A stretch of DNA of 64,000 nt, from positions 11,160,001 through 11,224,000 of the forward strand of contig JAQFVV010000010.1 of the NCBI GenBank assembly GCA_028023455.1, given 5' to 3'. The position numbers were made by a program, and so were the translations under genes. Below the pieces are notes generated by a model, which was not told the DNA's origin, made no database searches, and was given only the letters and a program-made list of their open reading frames with translations. Source of the DNA: Epiperipatus broadwayi (lineage: Eukaryota; Animalia; Onychophora). Of the stretch, positions 26,570-40,600 are shown one piece after another; within the stretch, counting starts at the first letter, position 1; every line of letters begins with the position of its first letter.

Positions 26570-26900
26570 GAAGAAAATATTTAAATAAATACAGAAGTTT
26601 GTAATATTGGCATGGCCAGAGTTGGCCACCATCCATAATATTATACTAGAGATTTTAAGAAAATGAACTTTATCGAAAGAGTGTTATTTGTCACGAAGTA
26701 CATGCACCATTTCATTGCAAAAAAAATATTGTGCTTTTCAATTGAAAAAAGGTTTGCTCTGTAGATGTTACAATGTCACTTGAGGTGTTCCAGAATTGTC
26801 AGCATCATCCTTAAGATGAAATAAAGTTTTTCCAAGTGAATCATTAGTTTCACATACAGAAGCATGCTTTTTATAAGGTTATCAAGAAAACCTATCAAAA
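26570..26900 (-). mobile_element. Mariner transposase N-terminal remnant
   Basis: Minus strand FHLKDDADNSGTP resembles the F.LED..RSGRP motif; possible TIR remnant tatcaggtcggtg near 26190-26210. Confidence 0.4.
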
Positions 26901-26959
26901 TGGCTGAAGTACATTTTGTAATTTCTTAATAATAAAGGTACTTGAATTAAAAGCTTTTA

Positions 26960-27260
26960 ATAAATATATTCAACCAATGCTTTTTTATGGGTTTGAGACT
27001 TAATTGAAAAATAATGCAGAGATATGATTGGAATATGAATAAAAATAATACATATGTGAAAGAACAAAAACATTTACCTCATTAAAAATATTATGAACTG
27101 AAATGGAGATGAAGTAGCTATATTACTAGAAGAGATGACAGTATATGGAAATTGAAAACCCAATTATAAGAGTTATAGAAAGTTACCTCATGTGAAATGA
27201 CTGGATGAGATAAGAAACTTTGCTGAAGTGATATGGAGAAGCTGGATATTGAAGATATTG
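26960..27260 (+). mobile_element. Old RTE 3' end remnant
   Basis: gaactgaaatggagatga...tattactagaagagatgacag...ggatgagataagaaactttgctg aligns with 21380-21540. Confidence 0.65.
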
Positions 27261-27479
27261 GATTAAATCTATATGTCACAGTGTAAAGAAAATGGTGATA
27301 ATTTTAAAATATGGAATTTATTTAAACAAAAATATCAAATATATAGGTAATTAAAAATATATAATTGTTAAAGAATGTAATTTTTAAAAAAATTATTTTA
27401 CTCGGGTAAAATGTTTTAAGAGTATGCTTATGTGGATGTAATGAAAATATTTATAATTATGCATATATAACTAGATGGA

Positions 27480-28010
27480 TATAGATGTTTAAAGAGATTT
27501 ATTTAAATATCCAGGAGTATTAACATCTCAATCTGTTACAATCCCTGTATTAGTTTTTTTTTTTGGTCTATATTAAGATATTAGACCAGAATGAAACGTT
27601 AATATTTACTTTTTATTTATAGAGATTGCTTTGACAACAGATTGTAAATTCATGATTTCAGTAGGCTTTAGCTGTTGTCATGTTGCTTACATTAGTAATT
27701 CACCTAGCTTTGTGTGATATCAGATTTATTATCTAAATAATAATGAATATAATTAGAGTTTAAAACGTTTAAAAATGATTATTTATTAGTCTATTTTCAA
27801 AGTAGGCTATATTTATGTGATTAATGGGATTTATTTAAATTTCTAGGAATATTAAAATCTCACTCTGTTACATTCCTGTGTCAATTTTCTTGTCTATATT
27901 AAGATTTTTAACCAAAATAAAAGGTGGAATCCATCTTTTACTTATAGAGATTGCCTTGACAACAAATTTTAAAGTCATAGTTTGGATAGACTTTGCTGTC
28001 ATCATATATA
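27480..28010 (+). repeat. Diverged tandem repeat, period about 332 bp, abutting the Penelope-like locus
   Basis: gatttatttaaat at 27496 and 27828; gtctatattaagat and tatagagattgc.ttgacaaca are also repeated. Confidence 0.7.
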
Positions 28011-28019
28011 TACATTAAA

Positions 28020-28806
28020 ATGTAAACATTACAAGCATAAAGCTAAACTAGTCAATATATAATTAAAATTACCCCAAATCCAAAATTCAACCAGACCAGC
28101 ATAAAAATAATATTAAAACACTACCAAAGGTTTCACTGCTTCAAGCAGACTTCTCAAGTGTAAAGAACTACAAAAACTACATAATATATATAATATTAAA
28201 CATTACCCACAAATCCATTCACTTCCCACCGACCCTTAATATTAAAAGAACTCTTAAATAAATTAATTGCTTCAGAATAATAAATTTTCAATAATAAAGA
28301 TTCTTTAATTCTTCTTTTGATTTCATTTCTCTCAAAGAAGACAACCTTAGCTTCATCAAAATCAATAGTGTGGCCTGTATCTTTTTCATGGACATACAAA
28401 GCAGAACTAAGACATCTATTTTTAACTCTACTTTTATGAACCTTTATTCTTTCATTTAAACTCAAACTACTCTGACCTATGTAAACCACCAGGAATAGTC
28501 TTTCTATCAAAAATTTCTTTTGTATTATTTAATAAATTATTCAATGTAACACCCCTTTTCCAAGCAATTTTCTTATTTCCAAACAATTTACTATTTCTAC
28601 ATACAATTTTATAAGAAGACAATTTAAATGGCAAAGAAATAAAATCATATTTTTCTTTAACCTTTACATCCTTACAAATATTACTATTAAATAAAATACT
28701 TTTAACAAATTTATCAGAGTAACCAACGCTCAAGTAGTCTTTATAAAATTGATATTTTTAAAACAAAGCTACCCCACTAGAATTATTTAATTTATTATTC
28801 CTATAG
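28020..28806 (-). mobile_element. Inverted, truncated Penelope-like copy (GIY-YIG region plus 3' end; HHR-like motif at 28118-28161)
   Basis: Minus ORFs 28196-28510 and 28467-28733 nearly identical to 28947-29730, with an about 35-nt deletion in the GIY-YIG core. Confidence 0.9.
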
Positions 28807-28811
28807 ATCTT

Positions 28812-29567
28812 TTGGTGATTAGAAATGTAGAGACTAATTGTTTACTGTGCAGTCATTTGGTTAAAAGTAAAGAATTAAGATCTATAATTAAACCTGATAG
28901 CTATCAGTCTGTATCTCATAAAGTAGCTGCTTTAAGGAATTATTGTCATAGGAATAATAAATTAAATAATTCTAGTGGGGTAGCTTTGTTTCAGAAATAT
29001 CAATTTTATAAAGATTATTTGAGTGTTGGATACTCTGATAAATTTGTTAAAAGTATTTTATTTAATAGTAATATTTGTAAGGATGTAAAGGTTAAAGAAA
29101 AATATGATTTTATTTCTTTGCCTTTTAAATTGTCTTCTTATAAAATTGTATTTAGAAATAGTAAATTGTTTGGAAATAAGAAAATTGCTTGGAAAAGGGG
29201 TGTTACATTGAATAATTTATTAAATAATACAAAAGAAATTTTTGATAGAAAGACTATTCCTGGTGTAGTATATTTTATCCCTTGTTTATTTTGTAAGAAG
29301 GTTTACATAGGTCAGAGTAGTTTGAGTTTAAATGAAAGAATAAAGGTTCATAAAAGTAGAGTTAAAAATAGATATCTTAGTTCTGCTTTGCATGTCCATG
29401 AAAAAGATACAGGCTACACTATTGATTTTGATGAAGCTAAGGTTGCCTTCTTTGAGAGAAATGAAATCAAAAGAAGAATTAAAGAATCTCTATTATTGAA
29501 AATTTATTACTTGAAGCAATTAATTTATTTAAGAGTTGTTTTAATATTAAGGGTGGGTGGGAAGTGA
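28812..29567 (+). CDS. Penelope-like element C-terminal ORF fragment with GIY-YIG endonuclease (5'-truncated, RT core absent)
   Basis: GVVYFIPCLFCKKVYIGQS...LNERIKVHK...SALHVHEKDTGYTIDF...IKESLLL is the typical PLE endonuclease pattern. Confidence 0.85.
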   Translation: MVIRNVETNCLLCSHLVKSKELRSIIKPDSYQSVSHKVAALRNYCHRNNKLNNSSGVALFQKYQFYKDYLSVGYSDKFVKSILFNSNICKDVKVKEKYDFISLPFKLSSYKIVFRNSKLFGNKKIAWKRGVTLNNLLNNTKEIFDRKTIPGVVYFIPCLFCKKVYIGQSSLSLNERIKVHKSRVKNRYLSSALHVHEKDTGYTIDFDEAKVAFFERNEIKRRIKESLLLKIYYLKQLIYLRVVLILRVGGK

Positions 29568-29624
29568 ATGGATTTGTGGGTAATGTTTAATATTATATAT
29601 ATTGTGTAATTTTTGTAGTTCTTT

Positions 29625-29668
29625 ACACTTGAGAAGTCTGCTTGTAGCAGTGAAACCTTTGGTAGTGT
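29625..29668 (+). ncRNA. Minimal type I HHR variant with U3/A8 substitution in the Penelope-like 3' region
   Basis: ACAC-TTGAGAA-gtctgcttgtagcagt-GAAA-cc-ttt-ggT-A-GTGT: helix I ACAC/GTGT, helix II CTGCT/AGCAG, helix III ACC/GGT, GUA triplet. Confidence 0.65.
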
Positions 29669-29740
29669 TTTAATATTATTTTTATGCTGGTCTGGTTGAA
29701 TTTTGGATTTGGGGTAATTTTAATTATATATATACATATA

Positions 29741-30641
29741 CAAAGTGGTATCCAAAAATAACTAGAATTATTCTCTGGAAATGAGCACATTGTAGTACAT
29801 GCCTCTGCCAATAGATGCTTGTTACAGGAATCTTCCTGCTTTAGTTTTCCAACTGTCATCATTGACAGACATCATCACGGGATGTAGTAAATGTTTTTGT
29901 TAAATGTGTCTTACTTATTTGCCAATTTTTGTAATGTTTGGGAAGTAAAGTGAAATTCTGATTTCTGTTGGTAAAATGGCAGGGGAAGCAGTTATAATGC
30001 TTAAAACAGATTATAAGGAAGCTGCTCTGGAAAAAAAAAACACAAGTTTGAGTGGTTTAATGGAAGTGTCAAATTCACACCCCAAAAAAGTGTAGCAAAT
30101 GAAGTCCAATATCAAGATGCTGCTGATTTTTTTTCAATGCTAATGGGATTGTTCACTCAGAATTTATTTGTAATGATCAGTCATTTAACCCTACAAGTTC
30201 TGAAAGTTTGTGTGATGCGATAAGACATAAAATCTCTTTTTGTGGCAAAGTGAGAAATGCAAGATTCATCATGGAAATGCACAGTGCACAAAGCCTTGGG
30301 TGTGAAACAATTTCTAATTAAATTCATCATGACCCAGAATTATTCCGTAAGCCATATTCACCTGATCTTACTCTGTGTGGCTTCATTTTATTCTCTCAAA
30401 TGAAAAAATGCCTCAAAATTTTTTGTGTGTGTTTTTGGAAGTCGTGGGGAAAAAAACAATGCAGGTGTTAAAAGGCATCACTTTGCGATTCCAGACTACT
30501 TTGAAAAGTGAAAAATAAGTGTAGACCAGTACATTATATTAAATGGACTATACTTTGAAAGAGATTCAATTTATAACACCTAAAAATAAATTCATAATTT
30601 TTTTATCACAAAATTCTGGCATTTTTGGATCCTCCCTCTTG
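29741..30641 (+). mobile_element. Internally deleted mariner element with TIRs and TA flanks
   Basis: TA-caaagtggtatccaaaaataactagaatt ... aattctggcatttttggatcctccctcttg-TA; PYSPDL motif at 30352-30369. Confidence 0.8.
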
Positions 30642-32942
30642 TATAATTACATTATGTCATGATATATTTAGCAAGGGGGTGAGGTGATGTTATGTTGCTG
30701 AGATTATCTGAAATAGTTCTTAATTTCAGGACAAAATACATTTAGATATATTCTTTTTAGTTTTTTATATTGTACATCATATTGATCTAAGGAGGGGGAG
30801 TAATGTTATATTGCCAGGGCTATCTGAAAGATTTCCCAGGTTCAAGATGAAATATTATAGTGGTGTTGTAGTTGTTAATATTTTGCAAGCAGTAATATGA
30901 TTGATTACTTATTAATTCATGTATAGAGGCTTGTATGCAATTTGATTAATCAACTTTATTACATATATTGACTTATATCCTTGATATATCTTAGTATGTG
31001 AATATATTATTTCTAAATCAAATCATTCTTATGATCAGAAATTGCTTTGTGAGTTTACATAATATACAATATTGATGATTTATATATAGTATTGCTATAA
31101 TGCAAAATAAATATATTTATATATCATATTAAATTTTGATCGAATTCTGCCTAAGATTCCATTTAATGTATAATCCTCTAAATCGAAAAGAGAATTTGGA
31201 GTATGAATTTTCTCCAGGTAACATACACACCTTGTTACTTTGTCAGATTTTTAAATAATCAAACATTCAATTAGAATTTCATCATTGTAAATTTTTGTTG
31301 ATAATAACCCAATTAAACAATACTGATAGAAATTCTCTTCTGGATCTATTTATATATTTAAAATTTTGTTTCTTCTTCAGAATGAATTAATCGTCTAAAA
31401 ATTATTATATTTTTTTTAAAAAATTACACACACAAATATCCAACAATAAAACTTTTTTACTATTTCAAATTGACTCCTTCATGGTTATTTAGGAGCAATC
31501 TTTATAGTATAAGCCAAAAATGCTTTACATTATTTTGTTTTCTTCTCAATAATTTCTACATTATCTTAAATCATTTAATTTTTAGTTGAATTTTAAATTA
31601 GATCTTGGATTTTAATACCCATGTCTCTGAATCTTTTTTTTTTTGTAAGGCCAAAACATTTTGGGTTTTTTCCATACATTTTTGTTTTTGATGATGACAT
31701 CTACTCAATTATAGAAAATTATCATATCTATCAAAGAAGTAAATGTTCAAATATTCTAGAAATAATTATTTTTTTGTTTTACTTTCTCCATTTATTGTTC
31801 AGAGTACTAAATATTTTAAGAAACCTTGTTTTGATTTCTTTTTTTAGCTATATAGCTTCTTGGTACTGTTAAATTGTAAATTTTATTTTCACTAGACAAT
31901 TATAACCATTTCATTTTTACTTACATTATTTTTTTATATTTTTGAAAGGCAGAGAGAAAATAAATATAATACGAAATTGGCCATTATCATGCATGAAGGT
32001 GGAAATGGCAATAATAAAATCAATCCTGTCTTGATTACCGTAAAATAATATTTTTACATCTCAATATGGTAGTCAGAATTGGAAAAAGAATGATGGGTAT
32101 TTCTAGGAAAGAAAAGCCAGAATTTTTCCTAACATGTACATATATATTCACAGATTTCTTATATAAATACTCCTAAACCCAAATGCACACATGTATGTAA
32201 ACATATGCACACATTTATATTGTTGAACAGACATGTATCAGTAGGAGGAAAACTATTATTTGTTAATTTATTAATACTAATGTATATAGAAATAATTTTA
32301 ATCATTCTTAAAAATATATAAATTAGAGAAACAGAATTTTCTGTGTTTTAGTTTTATAAAATTTCCTATTAAGTCATCTTTTGCTAGACCAGTAAGTTGT
32401 TTCTAATCCATAGTGGACCTAATATAAGTTCCTTATACATTCTCATTTGAAAAACTTTTTTTTTTTTTTTGCTGATATTTGTAATATTGCAAAAATTTGC
32501 AAAATGATAAATGTGTTTAGAACACTTTTATAATTTTTTTTTTTTTTTTTGCAAAATATAACAAATTGCATCTAATAGTGAAGTATTTTCAAAAAATTGT
32601 TTGCTAATTACAGTATATGTAATTTGTTGCTTAAATCTGTCACCGATCTTTCAAATTATTATGTTTTAAGTAATTTTCCATTAGAATAAATTCTCTGATG
32701 CATACATAAGATTTGCTAACTGCTGTACAGTATACAATTTAAAATACATTTGTGAAAGTCATAAAACTGAAATAATCAAATAAATGTTCTGGGCATTCTT
32801 CCAGAAAAGGTAGCCTTTATAATTTAAACTTGGCTTTTATTGATGCATGATTTCCATATATAAAACATCATAGCATTATTAAGTGTTCCAAGCTTTTAAG
32901 TACATTATTATAATCTTTAACAACATTTAAATTTAAACCACC

Positions 32943-32992
32943 AAACATCACATGATCACCACAGTATGGAGAGTTTTGTCTGTTTTAATGAC
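32943..32992. repeat. Tiny H200 remnant with inverted junction
   Basis: aacatcacatgatcaccac (reverse complement of the H200 tail) fused to agtatggagagttttgtctgttttaatgac (H200 sense). Confidence 0.6.
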
Positions 32993-33364
32993 ATTTAAAT
33001 TTGTTTTATTTGGTATTCAAAAATATTTAAATCCATTTAAATAGTCCACTTCTTCAAAAGGGAGATGAGTGTGTCTTTTTTGTTTATTGAGAATTGATCT
33101 TTAGTCCAAGCCTCTTTAGTCTTTCACTTTCTATCTTCCCTCTCAGTGCAAAAAATTTCAGCATTTGACAAATCATATTTATGCCAAATTGAAAAAACAT
33201 AATTATCATTTTGCTGCTTCAAAATCTTTTGACTTTATTGGAGTCCTCATAATTAGATGACAGCAAGGCATATTAGGCTGAGAATATACCTATATAGTGA
33301 ATCCAAATTTTATATGTTCTTCATTAACACAAATTTATAGAAAAACAGAAGATATAGCAGTGGA

Positions 33365-33470
33365 TTTTTTTTTTCATATGTCATAGCATCAGCCAGGACA
33401 CGAACCCACAACCGTCTGCAACCAACTACTTGCTTGCAAGGCCGCTGCGATGACCTCTCGGCTAACGCTT
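33365..33470 (-). mobile_element. tRNA-derived short SINE, subfamily A
   Basis: T-run, then catatgtcatagcatcagccaggacacgaacccacaaccgtctgcaaccaactacttgcttgcaaggccgctgcgatgacctctcggctaacgc. Confidence 0.85.
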
Positions 33471-33689
33471 CAAGGATAGATGCAGGCATTTGTGGAGAAA
33501 TAAAACATTTTAGAGTACAAATATGCCAAAGCAAACTATATTTCTATTAATCTTAAAAGTGGGTCCATAATTTTGGAAGATCTTTTTACATAAATATACC
33601 AAACAAACCACATCTTTAAAATCTTAAAACTGGGTCCATCATTTAAGATGATCTTTTTACACACACATACACATGCCAAGTTACAATCT

Positions 33690-34140
33690 TTAGGGTCTGT
33701 ATAAACATATTGGCCCATAGATAAAGGTGGGTATCCACCTTTATTGTAAAAGGAGGTGCCTTGGCAGCAGATTTTGTTGATATTGGTATTGTTTAAATGT
33801 TGACTGCTTTCATAAATTTATATTGTAAACCTATCTAGCCTTGAGCATAAGTAATACATAGTTTCAGTGGAATTTGTTATACAGTAATTGACTAGTTGTT
33901 AGTTTGCTTTCAAACAGATTATATTTGCCTGTTTAATGAGGTTTATTTAAGCTTCTTTGAATTAATAATCTCTCTCTCTTTAATCAAGTTGCAGTCATTA
34001 GTGCCTATATAAACATATTGAAGTTAAAGGTGAGCATCCATTTTTATTGTAAAAGGAAATTGCCTTGACAACAGATTGAGATTGGTGATTGGTTTTGATA
34101 TTGGTATTATTTAAGTGTTGGCTACTTTCATGTATTTACA
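33690..34140 (+). repeat. Diverged tandem repeat, period about 308 bp, related to the 27.5-28.0 kb unit
   Basis: tataaacatattg at 33700 and 34008; shares aaaggtg..atcca and ttgccttgacaacagatt with about 27920-27965. Confidence 0.65.
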
Positions 34141-37049
34141 CACACACATATATTGTTATCGAAGATATGGTATGAGGGCGAGATGCTTCATTAACCCATA
34201 TGAACTGGAAAACCAAAATAGTATATAACTGAAAAAGAGAGAGAATGAATAAGTTGATTCCTTAAATGATGTGTATAAGAATTCTCTTATTCAAATGCCC
34301 CATGAATTGCAGCACTAAAATTGTAATGGAAAAGGAAAAGGCCCGGGAAGCCAATTCTTTAAATACCCCACAGATTTCCATATTCAAAATTGTAATGGTA
34401 CAGGGTGTGCAAGGTTCATCTTATTCAACATGTCCTCTAAGTTCTACAAACCTAGATTATATCATATAAAAAGTGGACTTTCAATTAAAAAGTGAGCAAA
34501 CAGAGAACAAGTAGCTTTCTCAGTTACGCATCAGACTTTACTGGCAATTGATATGGTAATGACTAGCTTTTGATATAATACCTTATAACTAAAGAAATCA
34601 AACTCATAACATAAACATAAAAAAAATGTATCCAACTTTATTACCTCTCTCAATCCTAAACTTACTTACTCTTAGAGTTAACCTTAAACATAACTAGTGA
34701 GACGTGATTACTTGCTAAAATATAAAGTTAGAAACAAAGAGAATGTTTTATTGAATCTAATTTTTAATTGCAAACAACTAAATATAAATAATTTATTTAA
34801 TATTTCTAAATTATTAATGTTAAAAAATATAACTGCTTATTAATGTTTGCGCAAGTGACCATTAGCATTTAAATATTCTCAGGGTAAAAATAATTAAGTT
34901 ATCAAAATCAAGTATTGCAACATGACCCATGTGTATGGATAAGTGATGAAATTCAAACCCAAAAAAAAATTCATAAAGTCATTTTATAACAAGTAGTATA
35001 TCTTTTATTTATGATCTATATATTCTCTCTCTCTTTTTTTAAGAATGGCAATAATAACAAAATAACAAAGCATAATATCCATTTTTATTTCATAGGGTTT
35101 TTACCTATATTTGTGACATTTGTTAATAATATTTAAGTTACATTTGTGTCTAAATGAGGACCATTCACTCCCTAAAAATAAGTAAGATATAACAATAACA
35201 ATAAAATTTTTAAAATCAAATGGTTCAAGATCAGATTAGTTCTTTAAGGTAGGATTATCTAACTGCTATCCAGATAAAAAAAATATTGAGATTCTCTTTA
35301 AGCTATATGAAATAAATAAATATATGTTTCTAAACCACTCTTCTCTTTTTTAGGGTGACCAAATGCACACTTCTTAAACTAATCTCTTTTACTTTATAAA
35401 TGGCCCTCAATTAAGACAAAAACATATTTTTGATACATTCCTCTGTATCATATAATTTTTAAGAATCTAGCAAGAGCTTTTATCATTAAGTTATAATAAC
35501 TCTAACAAATATCTTCCTATAATAAACTCTTATAAATAATAAAGGGATCTTTATGTTTATGTATATAAATACACGCATATATAACATTATTATAGCAGAC
35601 CTACTCCTCGAACATATCACACGATTATTGAATAACTACAAATTATTTGTTAACAAAAAAAAAAATTGATAATGACTATCACATGAAAATATTTATATTT
35701 AAATGGTCTTCCCCAAGCACAAATGTTAACAAAAATTCATATAAAACATCTATTATATTTTAGGCATATGTGCTATATATATTAAACATGTTTTTTTTAT
35801 TATAAAAAACTCAATACTAATAATAAATTAATAAAAACAATACCTGCTATGGGAACATTGATATGTGATGAGATATTAAAGAAATAATAACAACAACAAT
35901 GAACACTTCAATTTTTTTTGATTGACTTTTTAATATCTTTTTTATTTTTATAAATTGACAGTTATTTGGAAAATTTATATTTAGCCTTGCTTGAATCCTA
36001 TTAACATGGCAGATAATCTTTCTTAATGAACACATGAATTTCTGACTATTTAAAGTTGACTTTTCTTGAAGTATCCTTTCTGCTTGTCATACTGAGGTGA
36101 ACTAATAAAAATAACAAAATTATTTCAGATGCTTCTACCATTGCAATTCTTATTTTCATTTTCAGAACAAGGGGTAGCTGTCATTTTAAAACAATATCTC
36201 TTCTCTCTTCAGGTGTATGCTTGCAGATAACTTTTCCCATGTTTCAGGTGGAAGATTAGATTAGTTAGGGGGGAATAAGACAAGAGGGATCAACCCCAAC
36301 CAGAAACCTTCTTCTAGATGGTTATTCTTTGGCATATAAAATTAAGATAAAGTTCCTTTGGTTATTTTAGGTAGAAGGAAAAAAAATAGTGATAGCAAAG
36401 TTTGTTGTTACTAGTTTTCCAGTCTAAAAAAATAATTAAAAACACAATCTTCAATCTCCTTTTTCTTTATTGCATCATCAATTGCCATGGCATTTTTAAC
36501 TTAATACTTCCACGAGACATACTGATTTAAATCTTATTGTTAACTTATATATCTGTCTATTTTTTTATACTTTTTTTCTTAATATTTTACAATTGTTTAA
36601 AAAAGAATAAATAAATAATTTGGAATCTAAAATAGATATAAACAGCTCATGACACATATAAATAAATAAATACATATTTCTAAATCATAAATCTCTTTCT
36701 TTTTTTAAACAAGTAAATAGGTTTATCTGTAGATATTTGAATTATTAGTATTTTCTTCAGTGGTTTTCTATAGTTTTTTATTTACCTTGTATACATCATT
36801 ATCATTGCCAAAATTTACAATCACAAACATATATCATAAAATTATAGAAGAGACAAGAATATAATAATAATAAACAAAAAAAAATATAACAAAATTGAAC
36901 AAAGAAAAAGAAATTGCAGTGTTTTCTACCACAACCTTAAAAGATATTGTGATGCATATGAAATAATTAATTCTACGAAGGAAGATATATATATATCTAG
37001 TTAATAAAAGATATCCATTATGCCAAAAAAATCTCTGCCCTTTTTCATT

Positions 37050-37610
37050 CCCTTTTAATATATCTGATTTTCAGCACATACACATGGCTATTTACATTTA
37101 ATAAATGATTAGTAATAATCATTATGTGTTTATCAAAAAGTTGATAACATAAAAGCTGGGAGTGAAGTAAATTGATGCTTGAAAATAAAAATGAGACAAT
37201 TTGCTCTACATAAATACTCTTCATGTAATAAAGATATATATATATATATGAGAGATGATGACCTGGCCGAACCGAAGAGTGCTGGTTCAGCACAAAGTGC
37301 ATCTTGGGGGTTATTTGTCTTTTATTGTATCTTTATTTATATGAGATTATTTATGAAATAAAAAAGAATGGAAAAGTATGGAAATTGTCTATAAAAAGAT
37401 ATTATACATGGGAGAAAGAGATACATAAATAGCCATGTGTGTGTGTGTGTGTGTGCTGAAAATCAGATATATTAATCTTTAACTTGGATTAAAGTTTATA
37501 TCTGTGCTAGAGAAAATCTCTAGTTTAATAAATGAGTAGTAATAATCATTACGTGTTTATCAAAAAGTTGATAACGTAAAAATTAGGAGTGAAGTAAATT
37601 GACCCTTTTA
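37050..37610. repeat. Composite of an about 80-bp direct repeat, an about 40-bp inverted repeat and a partial H463 copy (degenerate HHR about 37267-37310)
   Basis: taataaatga.tagtaataatcatta.gtgtttatcaaaaagttgataac at about 37097 and 37527; atatctgattttcagcaca mirrored near 37450-37470; ccgaagagtgctggttcagcacaaag. Confidence 0.65.
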
Positions 37611-40600
37611 ATATATATTGTGACGGTGATGGGGTACTAGGTCACACAAGTAGGTACAATGTAACGTGGATTTTTGAAATATCAGGGTATGAGTTCTCTT
37701 AACACCATGACTAAATATAAATACTAAATACAAGATTCTTATCTTATACCAAATCTTATCTCAGGTTTAATTTTATCTTGTTTAAAATACAGAATCTTTT
37801 TTAATTTGAAATATCTTATCTTAGGTCTTAAAATATTTTTATCTTAGGGTTCAAATTCAGACTGAAATGCACTTGAAGCAAAAATGCTAATGGTAATACT
37901 TTAACTTCTTAAAAATATATAATAGCTATTACTTAAGCTATATATGGAACATCTTGTATTCTATCTTAACTTTATCCTTGATATTAATATTTTAAAAAGC
38001 AGAAATGGAACCATATAATAATAAAGTATTCAAATTCTTAAATAATACATAACGAATAAGCTGAAAAACATTTCTAAATACTCTTAATTTATTTAAATAT
38101 AATTATTTCATTTCTAGTAACTATAAAACACATACATCTTATATCTTTTGATGCACTTTTTAATAGGCAATAATATAGAATAATGCAGAAGGCAGTAATG
38201 ATATATTTTATGCTGCCAACTACATAACAAGTGCATTTGAAATAAAGTAAATATTGTCATATTTATTTTCTGAAAGTACAGGTAAAATAATTGATAAACA
38301 TAATGAATAAATGAATTGAAATGATGAAAACTTTATTTAAGTAGATTTTTTGATAAACAAGTGTGCTAGTGCAATAATGTCATAACGGCAATGAAACAAA
38401 AACATATTTAATTAATAATATAAAATCTTTATTTACAACATATAACAATCCATATAATAGAAATATTTATTTACAATAAGCATTATTACTCTTTTTAATC
38501 TACTATATTATATTGACAATTATTAACAAATTTATACATGGGTGTATCTTTCTTAAAATCATTCTTAAAAAATTTATAATCCAAGCTATATTCATTACCC
38601 AACAGTTTTCTCATCTATCAAATACAGTCTTGATGTCAAATATAGTACTTATAGAGTAACAACAATACATTTATATGCCTTTATCCAGGCCACTGGTAAG
38701 ATTTTTAATACTTTTCGGACCCAAAACAAGGTTGAAAAATCAGTATGGAGAGACTTTATACGTTTTTTAAAAAATAGCAATAAATATTATGCATGATAAC
38801 TACACAGTGATATAATACTAATGATACCTATGTTAAAGTGAGGAAATACAGATACTCAACACTTATAATACAATTTAATTGTAAAATTATAGCAGAACTA
38901 ATAATGAAGTATAAGATAAACTTGCCTTTAAATATTTGCAATATACTAAAATGTGTTCTAACATTGAAATTCTAGGCAAAGTGGATAAGGAAAATACAAA
39001 CTGGTAAATATATAAACGAGCATCTGTTAACTCTGTACAGGCAGTGCTGATAAATAAATGAACTGCACTCTCATTTATGGAGGGGCTAAATGAATATAAA
39101 AGTAATATATAACATCCACTTAAAACGTGCCTAAAGGAATAACACTAACAATATGACACATGGTGCGAGTAATAATAAATAAATGAATAATTGTACATCT
39201 CGCATGCACATACAAAAGGTGCATAATTCATTCACTTGATCTAATATTATATGTATACACCAACAAAACTATCATTGCATAACAATGACAATATTTAATT
39301 TATAAGCTATCTAAAAAATTCTCTCACATACACTGACATTCATATCACCTTCATTTATAAATACTTATCAAATTCATAAAAGGCTGTTATACCTTTGGTT
39401 ATGATCAATTATTTAAGCTTAACCAATAATTTACAAAACTCTAGAATAATAGTAAAACTAACTTCTAGAATAAACCCTTTTATTATATATCTGATCAATT
39501 CTGTTTCTTGGATATCAACATTGTAAACTATTTATAATATCATAAATAATATTAAGAATAATATACAATACCTAATTATATAGTACATAAATCATAATTA
39601 TAAATAGTTTCAAACACACTCAAAATATATATATATATATTAAATATAATACCATTCTTCAACTAGGAATCAAAGTTTTTTTTTTTTAATAAGGAAAATT
39701 ATCTCTTTTGTTCAAGTCCTTTTATTATTATTTTCTTTGGATGATAAAGCAACAGGTAGTCCTTCATTAAGGCAGAGAAAACACAATTATGAGGATTTAT
39801 AATAAAATTCCTTGAAAAATGTTTGCAATGAAATTTAACAAATTTAAAAATGAATAACAGGAGCTGACAGGAAATTTTTGAAATAGCATAAGGTTTCTTT
39901 TATAACGCATTTCTAATGGCAATGTAAATCGGAGGAGTAATGGACAAACGATAATATAAATTATCTTTTGTTTTTCATAAAATTTCTTATCATAAATTGA
40001 TATTTTAGTAATATTAATTATGATGCAAGCTTAAATTACTTTTCTAAATATAAAGCAATATATTTAAAGCAATAAGCAATTTGTAAACTATTTGAATAGA
40101 TAAATAAATGAACTTAAGATGAATAGACATGTTAATTCAATGTTAGCCTATCCATTTTAATTTGAAAATATTTGAATAAAGTCTTTCCTTTAAAACATTT
40201 CATAGGTTGATTTTTACGACTTGATTTTTCATTATTATTTGATAATATAAGTTCAAATAACAGTTCATTATTTTCATAGTTTAATTTAGCATGAATATAA
40301 TTTCTTTAGCAATTTAAATTAGTATTAATGACTAATTAAAAAATTAGATAATTATCAAAGATAATTGTGATAGCAAAAAGTTCGAAGTTGATTAATGTTC
40401 CAATATAAGAATAAAATAACATACTTCTCCTTATGTGCATTGTTTTCCATTGCTTCTTTTGAAAATTATTAGGTTTTTTAAACATCTTTATAAGATATAT
40501 TGTTTGACAAGCCAGCTGAAACATATATGTTAGTAGTAATATTGAAATGTATAACTCATCTCTTATTCAGATATGGGAATGATAATGAATTAAACAAACT

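Noticed and set aside
34154-34736. Solo LTR (TGTT...AACA); similar TG start at about 37620
   Set aside because: No matching TSD and no second copy in the window.
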